Shown here piece by piece: positions 39,571 through 51,499 of a stretch of DNA of 64,000 nt. Made by a program: the position numbers and the translations under genes. The notes below the pieces were generated by a model. That model did not search any database and was not told the DNA's origin. It was given only the letters and a program-made list of their open reading frames with translations. Source of the stretch: Octopus sinensis (lineage: Eukaryota); contig NC_043006.1 of the NCBI RefSeq assembly GCF_006345805.1, positions 7,626,001 to 7,690,000 of the forward strand, read 5' to 3'. Positions within the stretch are counted from its first letter, which is position 1. Every line of letters begins with the position of its first letter.

Positions 39571-39750
39571 GTTAGATCGTTAGCTCCTACACGCATTTTT
39601 TTCTCTCCTTGTGTTTTTTTCTGTGTATCTTTCGAGCGTAGGCTCGAAACGTAAACAACTTGTTCTATTTCTATTCCTGAGCGCCATACTAATACATTTG
39701 TTTGTTTGTACTCCACCTGCCTTCGTCTTTTATTTTCGTAAACCATCCAT
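39571..39750 (+). mobile_element. Family C1 element with deleted HHR core
   Basis: TCTTTC|GAGCGTAGGCTCGAAACGT lacks TGTCGAA. Confidence 0.72.
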
Positions 39751-40001
39751 TTATATATATATTATATATATATACAGAGAGAGAAGAGAGAGAGAGATAA
39801 ACATGTATTGTACATACGTGCATATATATTTTTGTTTATTTCTGCCATGTATGGGTATATATATGTATGTATGCATGCATTTATGTATATATATATATAT
39901 ATATATTATATATATTATATATATATATATATATACTATATATATATATATATAGATCAATAAATGTGGGGTTGTGTTGACCGCACGTGGAGAAATGATA
40001 A

Positions 40002-42000
40002 GTAAGGAAAATTTTTTTTAAAAATGCAGAATGCTCAAATGAAAGAAAATTTTAATAAAATGAGAAAATGATAAAATATATAAATATATATTTATTCAAC
40101 CGGTTTTCGTCATTGTATGACTTGTCAAGAATATTTATGTTTTAAGAAGTTATTTTAAAAATTAGAAAGGGGAAAAAAAGAAAATTGCATTGTTTTTTGT
40201 AAAAGAATAATGATAAAAATGTACAAAAATTAAAAATAAGTTCTCCGATACATTGTGAGTTCGTTGTGTATCTTGAGTTTTATGGTTGTTTACCAAAAAA
40301 TTACTTGAGGTGTTAAGATCCAAAGGGATTAAGAGCATGTGATGTGTTGTGTTGTTAAATTCAGCATGTTGCAGGACAGGAAGTAGTAGTAATTGTGGTC
40401 CTGGTTCTTCAGTTCCTGTGTTGTGGGTAAGGGGGGAGACAACTCTTTTGAGTTCTTCAATAAAACCCAAATTATAAAACTATCATTTTAGCTTCATTTG
40501 CATTATCTTTTTTATATAATTGCTTGTTAACTTAACTTTCAGATTTTAACACTTTATTTATATTATTTTCTAATAATATAAATCTGCATAGAAAATTGCA
40601 TTTCAAATTGTCATGTCATTTATAATAAAAATGATAGTAATAACAACAATAGTAAAAATGATATTTAAAGAATATAAGTTTTAGCTTGAAGTGATGAATG
40701 CATGGTATCTTAATTTTGTGTTAGTCCATCCATGAAGAGTGAGGTAGAGAAAGGAAGTTTGATCAACGAGGAGTTGCATATTAAGTTGCGTTTGGAATTT
40801 TTCAATAAAGAGATTCTCCTTGTTAATTCTCTCCTGTGTGGTGACGCTCAAACTGTGGTACCTGCCCCTTTCTACTTGAAGGCTCTGAATTTACCTTCAA
40901 ACAAGGTACGAAGTTTAAAATCAAGACTAACTTCTCCTGTTCCTCCGAGAACCTTATCTACGTTCTCACATGCGCTGGTTGCCAACATAATTATGTTGGA
41001 CAAACGAGTCTCCCGTTACGTAAACGAGTAACGGTGCATAAAGAACAAATAAATCTCCCGGAATACCGACAAATTCCACTGAGTGACCACTTAGACTCAT
41101 GTGCTAAAGACTTAAACCCCAAATTCTATATATTCCCCTTCTACCAATGCAAAGACGGGATCACCACACAGGAGAGAATTAACAAGGAGAATCTCTTTAT
41201 TGAAAAGTTCTAAACACAACTTAATATGCAAACTCCTCGTTGATCAAACTTCCTTTCTCTACCTCACTCTTCATGGATGGACTAACACAAATATATAAAG
41301 ATACCATGCATTCATCACTTCAAGCTAAAACTTATATTCTTTAAATATCATTTTTACTATTGTTGTTATTACTATCATTTTTATTATAAATGATATGACA
41401 ATTTGAAATGCAATTGTCTATGCAGATTTATATTATTAGAAAATAATATAAATAAAGTGTTAAAATCTGAAAGTTAAGTTACAAGCAATTATAAAAAAAG
41501 ATAATGCAAATGAAGCTAAAATGATAGTTTTATAATTTGGGTTTTATTGCCAGAACTCAAAAGAGTTGTCTCCCCTTACCCACAACACAGGAACTGAAGA
41601 ACCAGGACCACAATTACTACTACTTCCTGTCCTGCAACATGCTGAATTTAACAACACAACACATCACATGCTCTTAATCCCTTTGGATCTTAACACCTCA
41701 AGGTAATTTTTTGGTAAACAACCATAAAACTCAAGACACAACGAACTCACAATGTATCGGAGAACTTATTTTTTAATTTTTGTACATTTTATCATTATTC
41801 TTTTACAAAAAACAATGCAATTTTCTTTTTTTCCCCTTTTAATTTTAAAATAACTTCTTAAAACATAAATATTCTTGACAAGTCATACAATGACGAAAAC
41901 CGGTTGAATAATATATATTATATATTTTATCATTTTCTTATTTTATTAAAATTTTCTTTCATTTGAGCATTCTGCATTTTTAAAAAAAATTTTTCCTTAC
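40002..42000 (+). mobile_element. 5'-truncated Penelope-like (Neptune-like) element with ~840-bp inverted pLTR
   Basis: 40002-40844 is the reverse complement of 41161-42000. 40848-41214 encodes SNCGTCPF...LIYVLTCAGCQHNYVGQTSLPLRKRVTVH...KENLFIEKF* (GIY-YIG with Cys-rich linker). Confidence 0.9.
41870..41910 (+). ncRNA. Hammerhead-like motif in PLE pLTR (mirror copy at 40093-40133, minus strand)
   Basis: TATTC-TTGACAA-GTCA TACAA TGAC-GAAA-ACCGGT-T-GAATA; one extra A relative to the canonical geometry. Confidence 0.6.
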
Positions 42001-42001
42001 C

Positions 42002-42297
42002 TATATATATATATATATATATATATCTTATTATATATATACGTATGTAGTATATATAATATAATATAAAAATATATATATATGTATATATATATATAGA
42101 TATAGTATTATAGTAGATATATTATAAACAAATATATATATATATATACAAATATGTATATATATAACTATATATATGTATATATGCAAATATATATATG
42201 TAAATATATATACATATGCAAATATAAATATAGATATATATACAAATATATATATATATATATACAAATATATATATATAAATATATGTATATACAA

Positions 42298-42362
<65 letters not shown>

Positions 42363-42560
42363 CAAATATATATATATATATACAAATATATATATAAAAA
42401 ATAGGTATATAAAATATATATATAATATATGTATTTACAAATATACATATATATATTATATATATATATATATGTATATACAAATATATATATGTATATA
42501 CAAATGTACATGCATACATGATACAATATATATATATATATATATATATAGATATTATAT
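42002..42560. repeat. Degenerate (TA)n-rich low-complexity tract
   Basis: Directly visible. Confidence 0.93.
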
Positions 42561-43285
42561 ATAATTGATACAAATGGTAAGACACCAAAAGGATGAAAGA
42601 GACCTCGATATTACGTAAATAGAGGAATTTATTTGTAAAATTAATATGTGACAATTACTTGGTAGCGATGATAAAACTCCAAGTTTCGGATGTCGGGGCG
42701 GAAACCCACGCCGCTATCTCTTCAGTTATCCAGCCATCGAAAAAATGCTATGAAAATGACCGTTAAACAAAGGGAAATTACTGTGTGATTGACCGTTATT
42801 AAGGCAAAAGAGCTATGGGATTGACCGCTAAGTGAGGAGAGTGAGTGGGAGTTAAAATCTTCATAGCATTCGCGTAAGCGCACATGTGCATACCTACACA
42901 TGCGCACACGCACACCCACGTACATGCGCCTGTAAATATATACTCATCCATCTTCACTTGAAACACACAAATACTCACCCACACATTCGCCAAATAATAT
43001 ATACATACCCGCATACACGTTCGCACACACACACACACACACACAAGCGCACAAAAAAAGGCTCATACGCACGTCTATATACGCACAGGCACAAGAAAAA
43101 ACAGCACTAAAGACAAGATACAGAAAAAAGTGTAAAGAAGTATAAAACAATAAGCAATAAGAGTAAAACACGTCTATAAATGCACATACTTTTATGCACG
43201 CACACGCACGTCTATATACGCGCACACCCGCACACGTCTATATACGCACACACACGCGCGCCCAAAATAAAAAGAAAGATTCACA
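42560..43285 (-). mobile_element. PLE 3' UTR/pLTR fragment related to the 23.8-24.9 kb element
   Basis: Shares TTTTTCTTGTGC(C/T)TGTGCGTATATAGACGT with about 24855-24885, and its HHR region with 23835-23905. Confidence 0.6.
42670..42730 (-). ncRNA. Type I hammerhead ribozyme candidate with canonical core
   Basis: GATAA-CTGAAGA-GAT...ATC-C-GAAA-CT TGG AG-TT-TTATC: 5-bp stem I, extended stem II, 3-bp stem III, GUU site. Confidence 0.7.
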
Positions 43286-44760
43286 TACACGTCCTCAAGT
43301 CGTGTAAGTGTGCCTTGGCGAAACCACTACAGATTCTCTCACAGAGCTTTCGTGCAAATGGCAGGCTGCCAACCAAATTGAAGGAGTGAATAATATGCCC
43401 AATCTATAAAGGAGGAAGCAAAACAGGTGGCAAAAACTAGAGGCCTATCTCTCTGACTCACTCATCAGCAAAGTCAGGGAACGGATAGTCAGATGGAAAC
43501 TAATCGTATTCCTTGAAAAAAACAACTTGCTGACTGATACCCAGCATGGCTTTCGACCAGGTAGGTCCTGCCTGACCCAGCTCTTACAGTACCCTCACTG
43601 GGTGTTGAGGCAATTACTCAACAACTCAAATGTGCACGTAATGCAAAAGCTCTTGATAAATTAGATCATGGTACGATATACCACAAAGTGCGTGATCTTG
43701 GCATAGCTGGAAAATTTCGAGAGCGGTTACATGGCTTTCTGAAAGTTAGGCAATAGTGGCCAATGGAGCCGCCTCAAAGACAAGAAGAATAGTGAGCGGT
43801 GTTCAACATGCCACTGTCTTGGGACCACTGCTTTTCATAGTGGCTCTCTTAGATATAGCCGAGCTTGCTAGCTAAGTAGACGATACGAAAGTCTCGCAGA
43901 AAATACAGAAGCCCAGCGATGTTGCGCACCTGCAGCAGGAGTTGGACTCAATTTAGAGATGGGCTGAGGTCCACAATATGCAGTTTAATACTGACAAATT
44001 CCAAGACCTGCGCTACCAACGTCCAAAACTGAATATGAAACTTACAGGGTACATTGGTCCACAGGGTTTTACAATCTCTGAGCCTAAATCAGTGAGAGGC
44101 CTGGATATCGACATGACTGATGATACTTCTTTCCAAGTGCACATTATCACGATGGCCACAAAGTGCAGACGACGGGCTAGATCGATTCTGTGAACGTTCA
44201 GGACCAGAGATAAAGAAACCCTGACGGTCTTCAGCCGCCTGGACTACTGCTCTTAGTTATGGTCACCCAACAGTGTAAAATTAAAAGCGTTCCTTCAATC
44301 AATTCAGCGAAGCTTCACAAAGAAGATCGTCTCACTGCAATATCTCAGCTACTAGGAAAGGCTGAAATAGCAAAGTCCCTTCTCCCTGGAGCGAATGCGG
44401 GAGAGCTATGCAGTAATATTCATCTGGAAGATCCTGGAAGGAATTGTACCAAATGTTGCCAGTGAAAGCTACACCAATGCCACAACGGGTCGACGCTGCA
44501 TAATGCCAAAGATTCCAGTAATGCTTCAGGACCACTTATTGCAACAGCCTTGGTTTCAGGGGCTAACAGCTTTTTAATATGCTCCCAAAGAGTCTGAGGG
44601 TCTAATACAAAGTAGATGTAGGTGTCTCCAAATCAAAACTGAACCTTTTCCCGTCAAGAGTTCCAGACGAACATACATCGTGGCAAGAGGTGCAAATGAG
44701 GGTACCGACATCAAACTCCCTTATTCACCGAATGCCATATATTAGAGGAGGCTCTCAATA
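43285..44760 (+). mobile_element. Decayed CR1-group LINE (RT and 3' end)
   Basis: LAKPLQ...CPIYKGG..RPISLT...QHGFRPGRSCLTQLL...VLGPLLF...DDTKV...MQFNTDKFQ...RLDYCS.LWSP, with many stops. Confidence 0.85.
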
Positions 44761-45229
44761 ACAATAGTGCTGCAAAATATTTGCTACATATTGAAATTAT
44801 TTTCACACTGGTGGCTGCCATGATTTCGGCGCAAAGCGAATCAGATGCAGCTCAGGCTTCAACACGACTGGTTCGGAGTCTCTATCATAGTAACGCGTGC
44901 TGAAGAAGCTGAGGCTATTATAACAGTGCAAAAACCGGTCCACGCGAGTGCAAATACTTGAATGTAAATTAGGAAATTGCCTTAGCCCGTTTGCGTTCGG
45001 ACGGTTGAATTCTGTAGTTATTATCAGTGACTGTTATTTCCAGCAGGTAGACATACTTAGTATGTCCATTGATTTATTCTAATCCTTCAGCTATTTAATG
45101 CTTTTTGGGGGCCTGTAATCGCCTATATTATTGATTCTGTTATTATCATTTTTAAATTCTTACACTAGATAATAACAGTGTCAATGATATCTTCGCAAAT
45201 TATTTTTCCATCAGATATTTGCTTCATAT

Positions 45230-45273
<44 letters not shown>

Positions 45274-45596
45274 GTGGTGTGTGTGTGTGTGTGTAGGTAA
45301 ATATATATTAATATATATGTATACATATATATATATATATATACCTATATATATGTATATATGTAAATATATATATATGTGTGTGTGTGTGTGTGGTGTG
45401 TGTGTGTGTATTTATATACTTTCATAGGTTTTGGTCAGCACTAGCCGAGACCATGTCTAACTTAATAGCACCACCTGGCAAAGTCATTCAAATCAGGGAT
45501 CGGACGAATGAACCCACTCAAAGAGGGAGTTATTGTTTGCGAATACATATCTGGGTGTAGGAGGTTTATCCGGGATTTTCTGAAGGCATTTGTCCA

Positions 45597-45750
<154 letters not shown>

Positions 45751-46043
45751 TAGACACCAGACAGACGCGTAGACAAATGCTTATAAATGCATATTTGTGT
45801 TCTTGCTCGATGCCTGAGTTCTGATGCAGAGTGATGTCGGAAGATGGAGAAAGGACTACCAAACTTCAAACGGTGCTGGGTAAATGTCTTTAAAGTACAA
45901 CACTGAGATGATGGTTGAGAAATTAAGAGCATATGGATCGAACACAAAACCATATGCACCCATACACACTATTATAATTATATCTGTTGTATGTTGATAC
46001 GCGTATGTATGCGTATATTTATATATATATACGTATATGTTTA

Positions 46044-46491
46044 TAGGAATAGCTGTGTGGTAAGTAGCTTGCATACGAACCACATGGTTCCTGGTTCAGT
46101 CCCACTGCATGCCACCGCGGGCAAGTCTCGTCTACTATAGCCTCGGGCCTACAAAATCCACGTGAGTGGATTTGGTAGACGGAAACTGAAAGAAGCCAGT
46201 CGTATATATGTGTATGTATATATGTGTATGTATATATATATATGTATGTATGTATATATGTATGTATATATGTGTGTGTATATGTTTGTGTGTCTGTGTT
46301 TGTCCCCCCAACATCGCCTGACAACGGATGCTGGTGTGTTTACGTCCCTGTAACCAATCGGTTCGGCAAAAGAGACGGATTCTCTAAGTACTACGCATCC
46401 AAAGAATAAGTCCTGGGTTCGATTAGCTTGACTAAAGGCGGTGCTCCAGCATGGCGGCAGTCAAATGAATGAAACATGTAAAAGAGTAAAA

Positions 46492-46493
<2 letters not shown>
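46044..46493 (+). mobile_element. SINE family B
   Basis: Full-length copy. Confidence 0.85.
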
Positions 46494-46567
<74 letters not shown>

Positions 46568-46671
46568 CAATATAAGGGTAGCAAAAAAATTCAAGAAAAA
46601 TTCAAGAAAAATTTTCTGCAACCAGCGGTCAAGTGAGAAAGTAGAAAGTGTCACAGACTATATAATATATT

Positions 46672-46916
46672 CAACAATAATATTAAGGAATGACCCTGAC
46701 AGGCCGTTCAACTCACTTGAAAAGAGCAGCTAAACTCAAACCGCAAAATAGTAGTAATTCTGAAACTAAAGGAGAAATAAAAACATTTATCCCCTAAATA
46801 AATGTTTTTATTTCTCCTTTAGTTTCAGAATTACTACTATTTTGCGGTTTGAGTTTAGCTGCTCTTTTCAAGTGAGTTGAACGGCCTGTCAGGGTCATTC
46901 CTTAATATTATTGTTG
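46672..46916. repeat. Perfect 119-bp inverted repeat with 7-nt loop
   Basis: 46672-46790 is the reverse complement of 46798-46916; loop CCCCTAA. Confidence 0.92.
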
Positions 46917-47000
46917 TATACATATATATATATATATATATATACATATAGAAATATATTTATATATATATACACTCTCACACTAACGCACACACACATA

Positions 47001-47047
<47 letters not shown>

Positions 47048-48309
47048 ACACATACATACATACATACATAAAAAGGATAAAAATTGTCGCGAATGTTTTC
47101 AAGCGTAATAAACTAAATGCAGAGCAAGGCCAAGCTCTCCTTGTTGATAATTTATCGTCCAGGTTTCATATTTACCGCTTCCATAGGAAGTGTATTATCT
47201 AGATATGCTGCAATATTTTTATTTTGGGGTGATTTGAAAAACACGCTAATAATGACATCAACCAATTTATCATGGGACCTATTATTCTTGAGTTTATGAG
47301 TGTAACTTCATGTCTATTGGTTTGCATATAAAATAAATTAATCCGCGTTAAAAGTGAGTTCTTCGGCTGAGCATTATCTGGAGGTGAATTTCCTAAACAA
47401 CTGATGATCAAAACGTGTCTAAATCAACTATTATTTGGTTTTGAATGACTAGTTTTCATACAACCAATCGCTGTTATATACTGTAGAGCTACGTACAGAA
47501 AATCCGTACTTTGTTATATAAAACTTACTTTATTAGATATAGTTTTTTTCAAACAAGTTCTCAAAGGTTCATTTCCTGCTATACAAGCTATGCTTCCCCA
47601 TGTTCTCTGAAAATGGTTTAATCCAAGTAACAATCACTAAAATCATTAGGTGCTTTTGTCGATTCATATAAGCTTCAGAAACACTTCGTAACGGACATGT
47701 TTCATTTTATTGCAGTACCAAACTTAGCCGTTTCTTATAGTTTCGTTCGTTGAGGATTTTAAATAACAGCGTATATATCGAACAGGTTTTCACTGTATCA
47801 AATGATGCATATTTGGATGTTTCATAGCTCATCTATGAATCAAGTAATATATAGATATCATGCAGGAAAAATAATTACAAATCAATATTTCAAAGGAATA
47901 TGTTGTGCAAAATTAATAAACTGAATTCCCATATCTTGTTAAAAATCTAAAATTAAAATTTCATCGATATCTAGCTTAGTATTCCTGTTTTGTTCTTTTT
48001 CTTTTATATTTACAGATAAATCACGCTACTTGATCCAAAATCTAAAGTATTACATTTAGTTGAAGAAACAACAAACAACGATTGAAGTAAAAATGAAAAA
48101 GCAAAAATTACCAACGCCTCCTGGGTATGTTTCTATATCTGGTTTCCTCTAGTGATACAGAACACAATCCTATAATTTCTTACTCACTGGACTAAAATTG
48201 TCTAAACTGTCCTGTCAGTGTAGGCGTCGTTGTTGTCGTCATGATCATCATCATCAACATCATCGTCGTCGTTGTTGTTAAGACGACCAACGGACAGAAT
48301 TGCTATCAT

Positions 48310-48620
48310 GCTGGAAAAGCTACTTAATAGTATTTCTTCTGGCCTCTAACTTTCTGAGTTCAAATACCCATTTCTTTACTACCCACAAGGGGCTAAACAC
48401 AGAGAGAACAAACAAGGACAGACAAACGGATTAAGTGGATTACATCGACCCCAGTGCGTAACTGGTACTTAATTTATCGACCCCAAATACCGCTGAGGTC
48501 AACTTTGCCTTTTATCCTTTAGCGTAGGATGAAATAAAGTACTCGTCAAAATAATAAACATGAACTTCTCTTAAAATCTCTGGTCCTCTCGACCTTGTGC
48601 CTATAGTAGAAAGGATTATA
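48310..48620. mobile_element. Nested SINEs: old plus-strand family A copy interrupted by an inverted 5'-truncated family A copy
   Basis: TSD CAAATACC at 48361-48368 and 48484-48491. Confidence 0.8.
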
Positions 48621-48646
48621 AATTATTATTATAATTATTATTATTA

Positions 48647-48683
<37 letters not shown>

Positions 48684-48927
48684 GGAAGTTCATGTTGTTG
48701 TTATGCCTAGTGTGACATATATTTGTTTTTTTTTGTTTTTTGGTCTTGTACTAGTGAATGTCTAAAAAAGACAAAACAATAAAACGAAAATTATGTTTGT
48801 TTTAAAACTTGAGATTACATAGAAAGTATTTTGCGTAGGATATGAGCATTTCCCATGAGCACTATCTTTTGAATTTCTGCCATTTTGAGGTTTCCTGGTA
48901 TCTGAGTTACCTAGCAATCAGCCCCTC

Positions 48928-48974
<47 letters not shown>

Positions 48975-48988
48975 GTTGTTGTTTTTGA

Positions 48989-49076
<88 letters not shown>

Positions 49077-49105
49077 ATTATTATTGTTGTTGTTGTTGTT
49101 ATTGT
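48928..49105. repeat. (TTA)n(TTG)n microsatellite
   Basis: Directly visible; forms the 3' flank of the R4-like element. Confidence 0.95.
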
Positions 49106-50226
49106 TGTATTTCATTGTCTTTTCACAGCTACTAACGATGAATATGTACTACGGTGTCAGCCGTTTACTACCAGTGAACTAAGGTAACACTCCTTATTTT
49201 TCGAGCAGTATCCGGAGTATTCGACCGTTTCCAAGTAGTGCAGTTTTCTGTAAGTGCTCTACTCCTATTGCAGCCCGTATTTGTTCCATCTACTTCTCAA
49301 TATTTTTACTCATTCTTGCCAGGGCTCCGACAATTATTGCTACTACGACCACCTTTTCAGCGACCACAACATCTTAGCCTCCCAAGATAACCTGTTATAT
49401 ATATCGATTTGTCTTTCTTTCTTATTGCATACCCTGTCGTCAGCTGGGTGATCCAGCACCGTTTGCTTTCTTTCTCACTTAACACTATGTCTGGTTTCCT
49501 ATTCTCTATCTCATGGTCACACTAAATCATTAAATCCCATAGGATCATTGCATTATCATTTTCAATGATGTTTTCGGGTTTATGTTCGTACCACTTTTTT
49601 ACTCTGTCCAGTCCATACGTGTTGCAAAGAGTCCAATGGACAATCTTTGCCAAGTTGTCATGATGTCTCTTATATTCTTTCTGGGCTAGTGGCGTACATT
49701 CACTGGTAATATGCCATATGCTTTCACCATTTTGTCCAAAAATTCTGCCCTTACCACTTTTCGATGTGTTGCCTATTCTGTGTTTCATGTGATTCGTTTG
49801 TAATGCTTGTTTTTGAGCAGCACAGATTAGAACATCCCTTTCAAATTTTTTCTGTCTTCAACATCCCTATAATATTCTCCATGCATTCTTACCTTTATCC
49901 ACCTATTTTCAGTTTTATTCATTCTCAAATGCTTGTACAGTGCTTATCTTTGCAGTCTTCCATCCTAAACAACCCTGACCTTCTTACATCCAATAATAGC
50001 GGTTCTATGGTATTTTTTTACTAACCATGCTATGTTGTTTTCTTCAGCTCTAATGCAGTGCTCGCATCCAATTATCCCCTTCCTCTTCTTTTTCTTGGTG
50101 TATACAGTCTGTCTATCACTTTTTGCGTTGAGTATCCCATATCTAATCAGCCACTTCCTTGTCTTTCTGCCTAAGCTGTATAGTTCGTCTACTGTCCATG
50201 CAATTAGGCCTGCTCCATATCTAAGA
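49106..50226 (-). mobile_element. 5'-truncated R4/Dong-clade element, same family as 10015-11674
   Basis: LRYGAGLIAW..., ESIWHITSECTPLAQKEYKRHHDNLAKIVHWTLC...WYEHKPE...ILWDLMI. Shares its 3' UTR with the 10 kb copy. Confidence 0.88.
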
Positions 50227-51330
50227 TAAGTCGGTGGTCCTGGATGTGAACGAATATGAAGGCAGTGCTTTTAGATTGGTTGCTGTGTATGCACCGACTG
50301 GATCGGGGCAACCTGAATTCTTTAGACGTTTGGAGTTCTGTCTGGGGATTCTCGCTCTATAGCGTTAGTGAGCGACTGGAATACCATCTGCGATGCACGT
50401 GCAGATTGGGTGGGGCTAGCGGATGGGATAGGGATGTGTTCAAACTTCGCAAACCTGCTCAGTCGTTTCCAGCTGGTTGACAAGTACACACTGGATTTCC
50501 CGAATGCACCAGTGTTGACAACGGCAAACAGGTTCGGGTCATCCAAATATTATCTAGATAGGGTATTTTGTAGGCCAGCAGATAGGGATAGCATAGGTTG
50601 TCTACGATTCGAACGATTTCAGGGTAGCCCTGAAATGAGCGATTAGAGTAGAAGTTGTAGAATTTAGCAGAGATCTAGCGATATGAGAAGACTAGATTAG
50701 AGGGAGACTTAGGAAGTTAGAAGAGGCGCTTAGCAGAGGTACATCGGCTGATGTACAAGTGGCGAGATTGGTTCTCAACCGGATCTTCAACGCCAAGCAT
50801 GAAGGATGCGTTGTCGGAGCTAGGGCAGGTGCTCTAAAACAAGAGAGAACGAAGGCTTCGATGGACCCGAGTGGCTGATGTGCAACATGGTAACAAAATG
50901 TCAATTCTTCTTTAACGGGCTAAGAAGGGTGTTTGCTACACGAGTCTAGACAAATTTAACCGTGCTTTCAGCGGCACTTTCGTGAACTGTACAGAACGTA
51001 TGATGGTATAGAGTGTAAACCTCACCGCCTATCTCGACGGCCTGCCGTTGCTTTCGGCCAGGGATGCGGAGTGCTGTGAAATGCCGATATCAGCTGAAGA
51101 GATAACGTGATGCGTTGGCTAATTGTACGAGGGAAAGTTTCCGGTATTGGACAGTTTTCCCTTCGAGTTTTATATTTATATGTCAGACTTGTTTGCTGAA
51201 TTTTTAGTAGATGTCTACCGCAGCTGACAGCAGAACGGTATAATCCCTAGAGTTGTGAGCCGAGGTGTGGTGACGCTACTGAGAAAGGACCTGAACAAGG
51301 GAGATATTATTCATAACTTTAGGACTGTAT
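50227..51330 (+). mobile_element. Decayed Tx1/L1-clade LINE ORF2 (APE endonuclease and start of RT)
   Basis: FRLVAVYAP...DWN....YLDRVF and, across frameshifts, ...LDSFPFEFY...RGVVTLLRKD.NKG...NFR. Confidence 0.75.
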
Positions 51331-51499
51331 ATATGTCACCTCAGAGCATTTGTACAAAGAACAGGTAAAATTTTCATGTAAAGACTGCTAAACTACAAAA
51401 CAGTCTGATTCAAAAACTACCTATGTTTAGAAGCATGAGCGTTAAAAATACAAATATATAAAAAAATAGCAATATATAGAAAATACAATGAAAATCAAA

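Noticed and set aside
39620-39660. Active ribozyme in the C1 copies at 39.6 and 59.3 kb
   Set aside because: Core nucleotides are deleted in both, so they are kept only as element remnants.
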